A stretch of DNA of 64,000 nucleotides, taken from the NCBI RefSeq assembly GCF_001194135.2, contig NC_068994.1, positions 4,070,811 through 4,134,810 of the forward strand. The letters run 5' to 3'. The translations under genes were made by a program, and so were the position numbers. The notes beneath the pieces are model-generated. The model was not told the DNA's origin. It searched no databases and saw only the letters and a list, made by a program, of their open reading frames with translations. Shown here piece by piece: positions 36,987-49,331 of this stretch; positions within the stretch are counted from its first letter, which is position 1, and each line of letters opens with the position of its first letter. Source of the DNA: Octopus bimaculoides (taxonomy: Eukaryota).

Positions 36987-38304
36987 GTAAGAAAGAAGGA
37001 GGGAGAATGATATAAATATAGAGTGAGAGACGGGAAGGGAGAGATAATATGTGTGTGAGAGAGAGGAGGTGACAAAGAGAGAGAGAGTATTGTAGAAGGA
37101 ATAATGTGTAATAGAGAAATAAAGAGAGGAAGATAGACAGAGAGAAACGTACACATGCAGAGAAAAAAGATAGATAGAGCGCTGTAGAGAGGGTGAGTTA
37201 CTACTACTACCACTACTATTACTACTACTACTACTATTACTCATGTGGAGCAACGGTGATACGGTAAGTTTGATGAATAATAAATATACTGATGATGTGA
37301 GTGAAGAAAACAATAGACCTTGAGTTTTGTTTCCTCTGCCTCTGTGTGTGTGTGTGTGTTTATATATAATATACACACGTATGTATATATGTATGGAGAG
37401 AGAGAGAGAGATAAGAGAGGGAAAGAGTGAATGGTAGAGCAAGGTTTCATGTGTGTGTATAATATATAAATATGAGTGTATGTGTGTGTGTGTACATTCA
37501 TATGTTTATATATATATATATGTGTGTGTGTTGGACACATTTGTTAACTGCCATAATAATGTTTTCAGTTCTGCTTTTTTTTTCGGATCAAAGATCTCAG
37601 AAAAACTACAGTTCCTCTGTTTGTGTGTATGTCTATGTCTCTCTCACTCTTTCTCTCCCCATATATATATATACATACATATATACATACGTGTATGTAT
37701 GTGTATAGTTATGGACATGCAACACAGCACACACACACACACACGTGTATATATATATGTGTGTGTATATATATCTCAGTTGATGTGGCTTCTCCATCGA
37801 GAAAGATTTTTGAAATCAGAACTATTCTTGTTTATTATATAAATGATTTATAGGGTCGGGGTTGCTTTCTGACTTGTTAAAACTTGTAATATATATGTAT
37901 ACACACAACACACACACGTATTTGATACTTAATACATCTCTCTCTCTCTCTCTCTGTATATATATATATACATCCGTACATATGTATTGAAGATGAAATA
38001 TTTAACGAATTACTGCTTCTGTATATATATATGTATATATATAGGGATTGGAGATTTATGTGTGTAGAATCCCGCCAAAGCTGGTTATGTCCGTAATCTT
38101 GCGATGGAGAGGGTGGGGGATAGAAAAGGGTCCAGTAATATACGTGGGTCGAATATACTTTGCCTTACATGCATATGATATACACGTCTTCTGTAGACAC
38201 AAAGATTCTTGTTTTCATATCTGTTGTGGTGTTACATGACCATAACTATATTTACAACCTATAATACCGTTTGTATATGTAAATGCAGTACGTATACATT
38301 TGAT

Positions 38305-38367
<63 letters not shown>

Positions 38368-38578
38368 TTCTCTGATGTTCCGTTATAAACGTAACTTGGA
38401 AGATAGTGAAAGGCTGTGGTGAAGGAAACAGTATTTTGTCTTGAAAGTTGCGAATATTTTTGCAAATCACAGCTATATACTCAAACATATGTACTGTACA
38501 TGTTTATACTCGTATATCGTATATGTTGTGTGGGTGTCTATATATATTTGTAAATATATGTACGTAAACATATTATAT

Positions 38579-38609
<31 letters not shown>

Positions 38610-38674
38610 ATGTGTTTATATTATGTGTGTGTTTGTAAATATGTGCATGTATGTATGTTTGTATATATATATGT

Positions 38675-38875
38675 CATCATCATCATCGTCATCTGTCCGT
38701 TTTCTAAGCTGACATGGGTTGGAGAGTTTGGCAGAGCGCAGCGAACGGCAGGACTACATCGTGCTCCAGCTTTGGCAGTATTTCCACGGCCCGATTCCCT
38801 TCCTAACGCCAACCACTTTATAGTGCTTACTGGGTGGCTTTTTTCATGTCACCGGCACCAGCAGGGTTGCCAAGT
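38675..38875 (-). mobile_element. Family C RTE-tail element
   Basis: (CAT)n, then ctgacatgggttgg...ccttcctaacgccaaccac. Confidence 0.75.
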
Positions 38876-39469
38876 AACCTATGTGCGCGCGTGTGTGTAT
38901 ACATGTTCAGTTTATATATGAATGAATATATATTTGTGTGTGTGTGTTTTGTGTTTACATTTTCACTGATCACTTCACAAGTTGAAGTTGTTGTCGTCTT
39001 CCTTGTCAAGAAATATTCTACTGATTTTGCACCCCTGAAAGGCTTATGGAATGAAGAGATCCTTTACTCAATAAACAGATAATGGCTAGCAATGAGAAGG
39101 GCTTCTTCAGGAAGCCTAAATATGGACTATGAAGAAAGAACTTAAAGATTGCCTCTTGGGAAGGCTCAAAATAGGCCTGAGCACAAAACCAAAGAGGAAA
39201 TTTAGGAACACATTCCACCCATCTTCATTATTATTGCTCAACATAGTACAGGTTTCAGTGGCCAATGTTATTGTCCTGAACAGCAGACCATATCAAGATG
39301 TTATATTTTGATGACTTCTATACCTCAATGGGAGACAAAAATCTGTCCAATTACGGTGATGTTATTGGCAGAGAAAAACAACATGATACTGAGTTCTTAC
39401 TGTAACTAATGGTGGTTGGAAACAAGATGAGGACAAATATCCGTCGAATGTAAATAATGGCACTGTGTT

Positions 39470-39640
39470 GTTTGTCTTGTCTGGTTTGTGGATATTTAAA
39501 TTTAAATGCCTTTTTAGCCCAGTGTGGCTCTGAGAGGTCTTACTACAAATATGGCATATGAGTGTGTCTGCTGGAATGAGCTTGATATCATTTGGACCAA
39601 CTGTAGAAAGATGAGTTCTGAGATGTGCCTTTGAAACAAA
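39470..39640 (-). pseudogene. Isolated C2H2-like knuckle, probably an RTE-type LINE C-terminal remnant
   Basis: LICHICSKTSQSHTGLKRHLNLNIH fits CxxCxxx(C)xSxxGLxxH; the expected third Cys codon is TCT, one base from TGT. Confidence 0.45.
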
Positions 39641-39774
39641 GAAATCATCCCTCAGATTCAGCAACTGAGGGATGACTCTGTAGTTCTCTTTTCATTTTTG
39701 AGGCAGATTATTTATAGTGTGACGCCCTTCCTGCCATCACTCCTCACCACTCATGCACACACAAATATATGACT

Positions 39775-40122
39775 AGCTTCGTTTAGTTTCCATCTACCAA
39801 ATCCTCTCACAAGACTTTGGTTGTCCCAGGGCTATAGTAGAGAACACTTGCCCCAAGTGCCATGCAGTGGTATTGAACCTGAAACTAAGAGGTTGGGAAG
39901 CACACACACACATATGCATGGCCCTCATTCTGGTGGCACGTAAAAGCACCCACTACACACTCGGAGTGGTTGGCGAAAGGAAGGGCATCCAGCTGTAGAA
40001 ACTCTGCCAGATCAGATTGGAGCCTGGTGCAGCCTTCTGGTTCGCCAGTCCTCAGTCAAACCATCCAACCCATGCCAGCATAAAAAGCAGACATTAAACG
40101 ACAATGATGATGATGATGATGA
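39775..40122. mobile_element. Family B fragment (-, 39775-39900) plus family C element (+, 39915-40122)
   Basis: Same diagnostic strings as the other copies; the family C copy is close to consensus. Confidence 0.8.
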
Positions 40123-40455
40123 TAGATAAAACTTACTTGGAAGAGGATGGATTCATGGCGTTCAGTCATATAATAATATAAATAATATGTATATATATAC
40201 ATTTCACTGTCTGTGTTTGTACCTCTCTCTCTCTTTCTCTCACACAGTGTTTGGCCCTCTACCTCTCTCTCTCTCATTCTGTTTGTCCTTCTACCTCTCT
40301 CTCTCATTCTGCTTGTCCTTCTACCTCTCTCTCTCACTCTCACTCTGTGTTTGTCCATCTATCTCTCTCTCTCACTCTGTCCCTCCCTCTCTTTCTCTTT
40401 CTCTCTCTCTCTCTCTCCCTCTCTCCCCCTCTCCCCTTTATATCTCTCATAATTT

Positions 40456-40478
40456 TTCTAACTTGTATCTTACCCCAG
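40456..40478 (+). promoter_or_regulatory. Candidate branch point and 3' splice site of the coding exon of ZNF gene 2
   Basis: ttCTAAC at 40456-62 and taccccag| at 40471-78, preceded by a 240-bp CT tract. Confidence 0.5.
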
Positions 40479-41005
40479 GTTCACCTGTCTGTCTATCCAG
40501 CTGACCAATGCTCTGCTACAAGATGATGTCCCAGAATTGGAGACCTTCTGATTTGGTTTTGCCTCAACAACCACCCGTTTTTAACTCCAACAAACCCGAC
40601 CGTTTGTGTGTATATTGCTTTCATCTTTATCAACTTTAATAAAGGAGGAGAAAAAAAAAAGCCAAAGGATTATTTTCAAATCCATTCCCAGATCTGAACT
40701 CTTCTTACGCATAATATCTCATCATCTCCACATTTTTAATTATTACAAGAGGAAATTTTCTTGTTTTATATTAAATTTCATAGACACCTTTGAACCCTAC
40801 AATAGTGGGGACACTTACACCTTTAGAATAATGTGATTGGTTTGTTTAGGCTATTGATAAATCATCAGAATGTACCCTGTTTGACTGACCATAGGTGGAC
40901 TGTGCACTGTATATCTACCATTATCTTCTCATTTGTTAATTGGGATTAATTGAGGTGACTACAAGAACATAAGAATATATTGAGTCGAAGATTTGGCAGT
41001 GGTGC

Positions 41006-41050
<45 letters not shown>

Positions 41051-41282
41051 CACACGTTTGGTATGTGTTCAGATCAGAGTTAAAACATTCCAGGATATAT
41101 AAAATGTGAAAGACTGAAGACGTGTCGGGAATGTTCCAAGCCTAGTGGTGGTGATAATATTAATGATTACAATAAAAGAATACAGAAACAGCTGCAATAA
41201 TATTAATAATAATAATAATAATAGTAATAATATATTAATAACGGTTATAATATAAATAATAGTGTGAAAGAGCAAACTGAAA

Positions 41283-41789
41283 ATGTACCAGATGCAGTGT
41301 GGGGGCAAACAGCAGATTAACAATAATTGTTGTGGAATTAATAATGATAGTCAGGCTGAGGTACACACGTGCGGTGGGACAGCATCACAGAATGGATTTA
41401 CAAACTTTATGGAGCTGATCAAGAAGCCGGACAAGTCCCGGGACAAACCTTTCAAATGTGGAATTTGTCGTAAAGGATTTACATTGAAAGCCTACCTGAA
41501 TCGACACCTGTTGGCCCCTGAACCCGGTAAACACTTCCCCTGTAGTTATTGCAGCAAGATCTTTCCTCAGAGGGACCGCCTCGAAACACATGAACGCACC
41601 CACACGGGGGTCAAGCCGTTTGTCTGTAACATTTGCTCCAAGTCGTTTTCACAAAAGTCGCACCTGAACACTCACAAACACGTCCACACCGGCACAAAGT
41701 CGCCAAACGCCGTCGACCGGAGCATGAAGCGCCGCAAAACCCTGGCGATGACAATGATGATGAATTCCATGCAACAGCACCAGCACCAG

Positions 41790-41833
<44 letters not shown>

Positions 41834-42974
41834 ACATCATCACCACCATCAGCATCACCAGCATCACCAACAACATCAGCACCACCTTCAGCATCAGCAT
41901 CAACACCAGCATCAACACCACCAACATCAGCACCAGCACCATCAGCACCAACATCAGCATCATCAACACCAGCATCACCAGCATCATCATCAGTTCCATC
42001 ATTTTGAGAACCACAGCAAGACCTGCCCCCAACATCTTAACCAGATGGGCAAACGCAAAACTGGGCCAGGCAGCTCAGATAAACCCTTTAAGTGTGATGT
42101 GTGTCGGAAAGGCTTCACCCTGAAGGCCTACCTCAACCGTCACTTATTGGCCCCTGACACAGGTAAACATTTCCCTTGCTCTTACTGCCACAAGGTTTTT
42201 CCCCAAAGGGACCGACTGGAGAATCATGAAAGAACTCACACTGGGGTGAAACCATTCCATTGTACAATATGTGGCAAGAACTTTGCCCAAAAGTCCCATT
42301 TAAACAAGCACCAAAATGTCCACAAAGCAGATCGGATGTCGGGAACCAGTGTGCCTTCAGCTTCAGTCACTTCAACCTCGTCGTCGTCAGGCGCTAACCA
42401 AGCCCCAAACCTTCCGAAACCTCCATCGATGATTTCACCTCAAGCTTCGTCCTCTTCAGGGACCTACTCTTCCCAGATGATTAACCAAACTGCAGCGATA
42501 CACAAACAGGCTGTTATGACAACAAACACACAGTATTCACAACAGCAAATCAAATATTCTACTTCGGCCCCGCAGCAGCAGCAACAACAACAACAACAGC
42601 AACCAGCTGCCCAGAAAGATCCATCGACAATGTCGGCCTGCTCGCATCAGATGATGCATCAACATGCACCACTGAGGCAACAACAGCAGCAACAGCCGCA
42701 ACAGCAACAGCAGCAGGCACCACCACCACCACCGCCTCCACCACCATCTCAGCAGTCATCGAACATGACTGCAACATCGACGATGAACACAGCCACCTAC
42801 CATCAACAAATGGTGCCGCAAAGAGCTGCTGAGAATAATTATAACTGGAAACGTAACGCTGCCATAACAGCTAGCTGGAATGCAGGCTGGACAAACACAT
42901 CGAACCCAACTTATGGCCAGAGGAAATGTGAGAGCCAAGAGGCTGTCCACAACATTCAGACATTGATGCAGTGA
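41283..42974 (+). CDS. C2H2 zinc-finger protein with two duplicated 3-finger modules and Gln/His-rich tracts, 563 aa (ZNF gene 2)
   Basis: Open ORF from gaaaATG; finger modules at 41451-41687 and 42087-42323; basic KRRK/KRK motifs; polyQ and polyP in the C-terminal half. Confidence 0.95.
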
Positions 42975-43439
42975 AACTAGTTTGAAGATGAGGAAGAGTA
43001 AGAGCAAGAAGAGGAATATGGAAAAGATTATTGAAGTAATTAAAGGAATGAGCTGTGTCTGGGTGAGGCAGAGGCGGTGAGAGGAATCAAGGTGGTGGAC
43101 TGTTGACAATACGGTCACCAGTTCAAACCTTAGTGCAACTCATGTGTTGTGTCCCTGCACAAGACATGTAGCTGTGTTTGCCCCACTACTTCATGGGGTT
43201 GAGCAGCTGGTGGTTGGAAGGGCAGCCAACAAGAAAACAATTTGATTGCTCCAACAAAAAAGGGAAAAGATATCCTAGTCATGATAGCTTTGAAAAATGG
43301 ATTAAAAAAAAAAAGAATTAAACTACAATAAACAAAACAAAAACATATCGCTTAACAATTGATGCACCACCACAAGTGTCTATATGAATATCTACACACT
43401 TGCTAGAAGTGGTGGATATATAAAACAAGAAGTTCAGAT

Positions 43440-43900
43440 CAAGTATTTGAGCTCAAACATTTCTATCATTGAATCAGAACGACATATTTGAGACCTTGGC
43501 TCAAGCATCTGTATTAATCATTTAAGGATCTTGGCTCATGAAACCATTAAAAACATTCGGAGACTTAGTTCAAACATCTGTATAATCATTTGAAATCTTG
43601 GCTCAAGCATCTGTTCAACTATTTGTGGTCTTGACCTCAAGCATCTGTGTAATCATTTGGGGATCTTGGCTCAATCTGTCATTAAAAACATTTGGAGACT
43701 TGGCTCAAGCATCTGTTTAAAACATGTAGGATCCTGGCTCAAGCTACTGTTAAAAACATCTAGGGTCTTGGCTCAAGCAGCCAGCAAAACATTTGGAGGT
43801 CTTAGCTCAAGCATCTGTTTAACTATTTGGAATCTTGGCTCAAGCAGCCATTTTAAAAAATTTGGTATTTTCGGTTCAGTTATTTGTGTAAACATTTAAG
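43440..43900. repeat. Degenerate ~34-bp minisatellite, about 12-13 units
   Basis: Core (g/a)tcttggctcaagcatctgt..aa.cattt repeated with divergence. Confidence 0.85.
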
Positions 43901-44526
43901 ACCGCTATTCAATTGTCCACATAAAAACTTGAGACATCATTTCAATAATCTGTTTAATGAATATTTTGGTTTTTTAATCTCCATTCTCTGTAAAAAATCA
44001 TTTGGGACCTTAACTCCAATACCTGTATCAACAGTGACTCAGTTTGTGAGACAGATTGAAACAGGGGTACAAATAATTAGGCAATTTTGATTCCTGAGAA
44101 AAACCAACACACACAAATAGACACAAATATGAATTGAAGTGAAAGCCATTGACTTGTATGCTGTTTCTCTTTTTTGAGATATTTTCATTATTAAAATAAT
44201 AATAAAACTAAAAAAAAAAATAAAATGAAATAGCATCCTAATTCTTTATCCACCATCTTAAACAATTGCTGGTTCAATATCAGAGCATGTGGAACCTCAG
44301 TATGGTCACTCTAAATTCTAGAAATAGCAGCCAAATTTCCTCCACGCACCCTGCACTTTTAAAAGGGAAAGAGACATTGGAGGATGTAGTCCTCATTACA
44401 CTTTGCCATAAAGCAAAGATGAGATAATCAAAGCTTTTACACCTTTGATCACTAGTTTCCTAAATCATTGCTGGCCTGGTGTTAAACAGCGACAAGATTG
44501 AGAAGATTCTTTAAGACAAATTTTAA

Positions 44527-44744
44527 CCTTTTTGATACGAAACCCACCCGAAACTACACCTGGTTCTACGATAAAAACTTCTTATTTTAAAGATGATCTA
44601 CGTTAAAACCTACCAGCGAAATTTCATGTCAATTTATGTTCCAAACTATAACTTAATGAAACAATTATTTTACTAAATTCTTTGTTATTTTCAAAATTAA
44701 TTGGAACAAAGACATATTTCAACAAAGATACAGTAACAAAAGGG
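44527..44744. mobile_element. piggyBac-type MITE 1
   Basis: TTAA|cctttttgatac...gtaacaaaaggg|TTAA: TTAA target duplication plus TIRs. Confidence 0.8.
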
Positions 44745-44934
44745 TTAAAAAAAAAAAAGGAGTTCTTTGGAATTTAAGAATAAAAGTAAAAAAAAACCTC
44801 AAAGAAAAAACTCCTTTATTTCTGTGAGCTAGAATTGAACTGGAATCCTTACAGTCGTCAGCCTGTTGCATTGGCTCATATCAAAGTGTGCGTGTGTATG
44901 AAGACATGCTTGCACATACACATTTGTATATTCT

Positions 44935-45635
44935 TTTACTGTTTTCCTTCATTGGACTGTGGCCATACTGGGGCACCACCTTTATGGGTTTAGTCTGTCG
45001 TATTGACCCTAGTACTTATTTTGTCCTTCTCCACTTGTCGAACTACTAAGTTACAGGAGATGAACAGATACAACTTGAATATCAGTGGATTTTAGACCGG
45101 TGTAAACATAAATGCTGATATATATATACATACCTACATATACACACACATACATACACAGACAGTACATACAATATGTGGCGTGCTCTTAAGCAAGTAC
45201 ATAATTCTGTTGCTTGTCTCAGTCAGACTGGTTGACAACAGGTGCCACTTGACAGGTGAATGGTCAGTATACTTTTCTTTTACTTGTTTTAGTAATTAGA
45301 CTGTGGCCATGCTGGGGCACTGCCCAGAAGGATTTTTAGTCAAATAAATTGACCCAATTACTATTTCTTTTTTTTTTTCAAGCCTGGTAATTATTCTATC
45401 AGTCTCTGTTACCAAACTGCTAAGTTACAGGTCATAAATACACCAAACCAGTTGTCAAGGGATGGTGGGTCATAGATACAAAGATACACACATATATATA
45501 TATATATATATATGACGGGCTTCTTTCAGTTTCCGTCTGCCAAATCTACTCACAAGGCTTTGGTCAACCCAAGCCTATAGTAGAAGACACTTGTCCAAGG
45601 TACCATGCAGTGCGACTGAACCCGGAACCATGTTG
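44935..45635 (-). mobile_element. Two family B SINE copies (44935-45065, 45285-45635)
   Basis: gactgtggccatgctggggcac...gtttccgtctgccaaatctactcacaaggctttggtc...gactgaacccggaaccatg. Confidence 0.8.
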
Positions 45636-45877
45636 TCCCAGTTTTTCCCTCCACAACACTCATATAAACATGCTCACTCCCACACCTGTGCCCATGTATG
45701 GAAGTCTCCAGGTGAAAAGCAAAGTGGGGAAAATGATTCTTGAAATACCAAAGATGGGATAAAGAATTTCATTGAAGCTTAAAAGACTACACGGCTGTTA
45801 CTCAGAGTTTCATGTAACAATCGTCAGACAGCTGAGAAGTTTTTTCAGTTTCAATAAAACACTACACACACATATGC

Positions 45878-46275
45878 TAGTGGTTGGTGTTAGGAAGGGC
45901 ATCCAGCTGTAAAAATCCTGCCAAAACAGTCACAGAAGTCTGGTGCAGGCTTCAGCCTGGCTGGTTCTTGTGGTGCCACCCCACCCATGTTAGCATGGAA
46001 GATGGACGTTAAACGATGATATATATATATATATATACACATATGTTGGCACTATCAGTTACAATGACAAAGGTTCCGGTTTATCTGACCAATGGAACAG
46101 CCCGCTTGGGAAAATGAATGTGCAAGTGGCTGAGCACTCCACAGACAGACATACCTAGGGTGATTCAGAGGGACAAGGCTGGCCCTTTGAAATACAGGTA
46201 CTACTCATTTTTGCCAGCTGAGTGGACTGGAGCAACGTGAAATAAAGTGTCTTGCTCAAGGACACAACAACAATT
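45878..46275. mobile_element. Family C tail (+, 45878-46020) plus family E SINE (-, 46045-46275)
   Basis: Diagnostic strings shared with the other copies. Confidence 0.7.
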
Positions 46276-46721
46276 GTGAACCAAATACCCAGATTATTGA
46301 ACCACACACTTTCCATATACACATATATACACACACACATATGGTTTTCTAGGGAGTGTTAGTTGAGTTGGTTTAGCTTCTTATCCAGATGAATTTTACT
46401 TATCAGTTGTTCTGTCTGGAGCTAAACACTCATCTTCTGACCGTTATTTAAAACAAAGATAAAACCTATTCACAACAGCAAATGTGTTTTTATAACTTCA
46501 ACAATCAACATTGTGTATTTTCATAAAAATAATGAAAACTTTTTTTTTTTTTTTGTGTCTGTGTTTGAAAAAATGTTGCAGATTTGAAATTATAAAATGG
46601 ACTGAAAATTTCAATGAGATCGATAAATGAAATTTAAATTAAAATTCAGATTCTGATTTAAAAAAAAAAAAAGAAAAGAAAAAAGTTGATCTTTTTTGTT
46701 TGGTCTTTTTTTGTTTTTTAA

Positions 46722-46939
46722 CCCTTTAGCATTTAAACCAGCTGTATCCAGCCCCAATATTCTCCCTGTTTTGTTCAAACCGGCCAGATCCAGCCTCTCA
46801 CACCTACCCTAAAATGTCATTTTCAAAATAAACAATTACATCATTGTAATTTCAAAGCTACAAAATGATGCCTAATGAATTTAAAGCAATGTTAACGAAG
46901 AAGTATTATATTTGACAGAGTAATCTGTATGCTAAGGGG
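46722..46939. mobile_element. piggyBac-type MITE 2
   Basis: TTAA|ccctttagcat...atgctaagggg|TTAA. Confidence 0.8.
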
Positions 46940-47484
46940 TTAAATTTTGTTTTTTTTTATATATTTTTCATTGTTTTACTATTTTATTGTTTTCTTTCAG
47001 TGGATACAAAACAGCAAAAATTGTCATGTTGGGGGTGAATGTATTTTCTTGTTTTCTGAAATTGTTTTTGGATGGTGAATGGCATGGTAAGATCATAGGA
47101 GAGGATTGAACATAATATTTTAGGGCACATTCCAAGTTGTTTGTGCATTGAAATCCTGTGAAGGTCACCATTGCTCCTCATCGTTTCAGGGTCGATAAAA
47201 TAAGTTAATCAATGTCTTACCTCTTGGCAAGTGCAAAGAAAAACATACAACAAAACAGTAGAAAAAATAGAGGAAGGAAGGGAGGGAAAGAAAGGAGAGG
47301 AAGGAAGAAAAAAGAGAGAAAGAAGAGGAAGGAAGGGAGAGAGAAAGAATGGAAGAAAGAAGGAAACAGAGAAATGAAGAAAGGAAGAGAGAAGTCCCCC
47401 ACCCCCCGAGGAGAGTGTTGTGCTGTTGTTTGTTGACAGTGAAGAGACGGATGTATCACAGCTGGTCTTTTATTTATTTTATTT

Positions 47485-47815
47485 AATTGTTTCAGTCCTT
47501 AGACTGCAGCCATGCTGGAGTACTGCTTTGAAGAATTTTTAGTTGAATGAGTTGACCCCAGCACATTTTTTTTCTTTTAAGACAGGTTCTTATTCTGTTG
47601 GTGTCTGTTTGCTTAACTGTTAAGTTACAGGGATATAAACATACCAACATCGGTTGTCAAGCACACACACACACACACGTGCATACATATACGATGGGCT
47701 TCTTTCGGTTTCCGTCTACCAAATCCACTCACAAGGCTTTGGTCGGCCTGAGGCTATAGTAGAAGACACTTGCTCTAAGGTGTCACGCAGTGGGACTGAA
47801 CCCAGAACCACACAG
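47485..47815 (-). mobile_element. SINE family B
   Basis: cggtttccgtctaccaaatccactcacaaggctttggtcggcctgaggctatagtagaagacacttg...gggactgaaccc. Confidence 0.85.
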
Positions 47816-48078
47816 CCATTTCTGCGCCAATGGAGATTCTCAGGTCGCCCCATATTGATTCCTTACAGAAGCACAAGGCCTCAGTTTTGATGGAGAAGGA
47901 GTCTGGTCATTTAGACTGAACCAAGGAAGGGGAGTGGCTCTGACCATTTTTTTCTTTTTTTTTTTTCCTGGGATCTTTAAGATTGTGAAAAGCAAGAAAG
48001 AAGAATCCTATCAGAAGTGGGTCCTGGCTCAAGTGTATGCAGCAGGGTGGACACCCTAGGGCAACTGACAGGTTAACT

Positions 48079-48334
48079 GAGTGGTTTTCAAGCGGAACCC
48101 ATATGACCCCTGGGGGTTCATATAAGATTTTTATTGTTAAAATTTACGTGCAATAAATTGATTAGGCTTTTACTATACACAAAATATTTTAACAAGTTCA
48201 TTTTACATAATTCCTAATAATATTTAATTATAAAAACATAATAAGATTTTTCAATGGTTACAGGAGGCCACGAGAGTAAAACAGGAACCCAGGGGATCCA
48301 TACGTAAAAAAAAAAAAAAGGTTGAGAACCACTG
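48079..48334 (+). mobile_element. hAT (Charlie-like) MITE, copy 2
   Basis: TIRs gagtggttttcaa / ttgagaaccactg; the interior matches the reverse complement of 23743-24000. Confidence 0.75.
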
Positions 48335-49039
48335 GCGTTAATTCTTACCGTAAAAGACTTGGAACAGTCTCGTTAAAGAGTTCTCACAATTTCCATCAAC
48401 CAAATTTCATTCACAAGCCTTTGATCGACCAAAAGGCTATGGGAAAAGACAAGTTTGCCGTGTAGTGGGATTGAACACCAGACCACGTAGTTGATAAGCG
48501 AACTTCTTCCCGCACAGCCATGCCTGTGTACGGAATAAAGTAGGATATTGTCACGGCTAGAATATCTTTGACCGTAGGCCAACTTGAGGGATTATTTACG
48601 TAATCGCCCGACTAGAAATAGAAGTCAAGTCACCATTAAATCATGTTTTACTTTCTTAGATAGAAAGAAAGTGAAAAAGAAATGACATATTGAATAAATC
48701 GTCTGAGATAAATAATATGAATAAGTAAGAAAAAAACAGGATTGTCACATCTGGATTGTCTTGTAGGGAACAACAACGATGCTAAACAACAATAACAACG
48801 AAATATCTTTCTTGTGACAGGCTGTTGTGTTGCGTAGCGGAACTGAACCTGGAACTACGCAGTTGTATAGCAAACTTCTTCGGCACACAGCCATTACGCG
48901 AAGACACGAATAAAAGACAAGAATGTCACGGTTAGATTGTCTTTGATCGTAGGTCTGCTCGATCGAGCGTAAACAACAACGAGTGGAGTATGAAGGAGAG
49001 AGAGAGGAAGAAAGCTATCCCCTCCAGTCATCCATTCAG

Positions 49040-49331
49040 TCCGTTATAACGAGAAGGGGAGGGCGGAGATCGTGCCGTCGCCGCCGCCCGCCCCGCCATC
49101 AATTTCGGACCTCCTGCACCAATCAGCTGGTGTCGAGGTGACCGGGAGTTGTCTCCCTTATGTTTACATGACTCCACAAGTGAACTACGTAGGTCTCAGG
49201 ACGGAGGACAGGCTCCCAGCCTCTATTTACCTCTCTCTCCCTCGGCTTTCAACACCTTCTACACGTCTGACAATTCGACAACATTTCTCCCTATGTCGCC
49301 GACCTAGACATTGACTAGACTTTCGGTGAGT
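49040..49331 (+). promoter_or_regulatory. Candidate CpG-island promoter and non-coding first exon of ZNF gene 3
   Basis: GC boxes gggcgg (~49061) and cccgccccgcc (~49088), CCAAT (~49119), consensus donor cg|GTGAGT at 49326, followed by a CT tract at 49400-50300. Confidence 0.6.

Noticed and set aside
43440-43900. CRISPR-like array (also 63706-64000)
   Set aside because: Contiguous tandem units without unique spacers, eukaryotic context, no cas genes.
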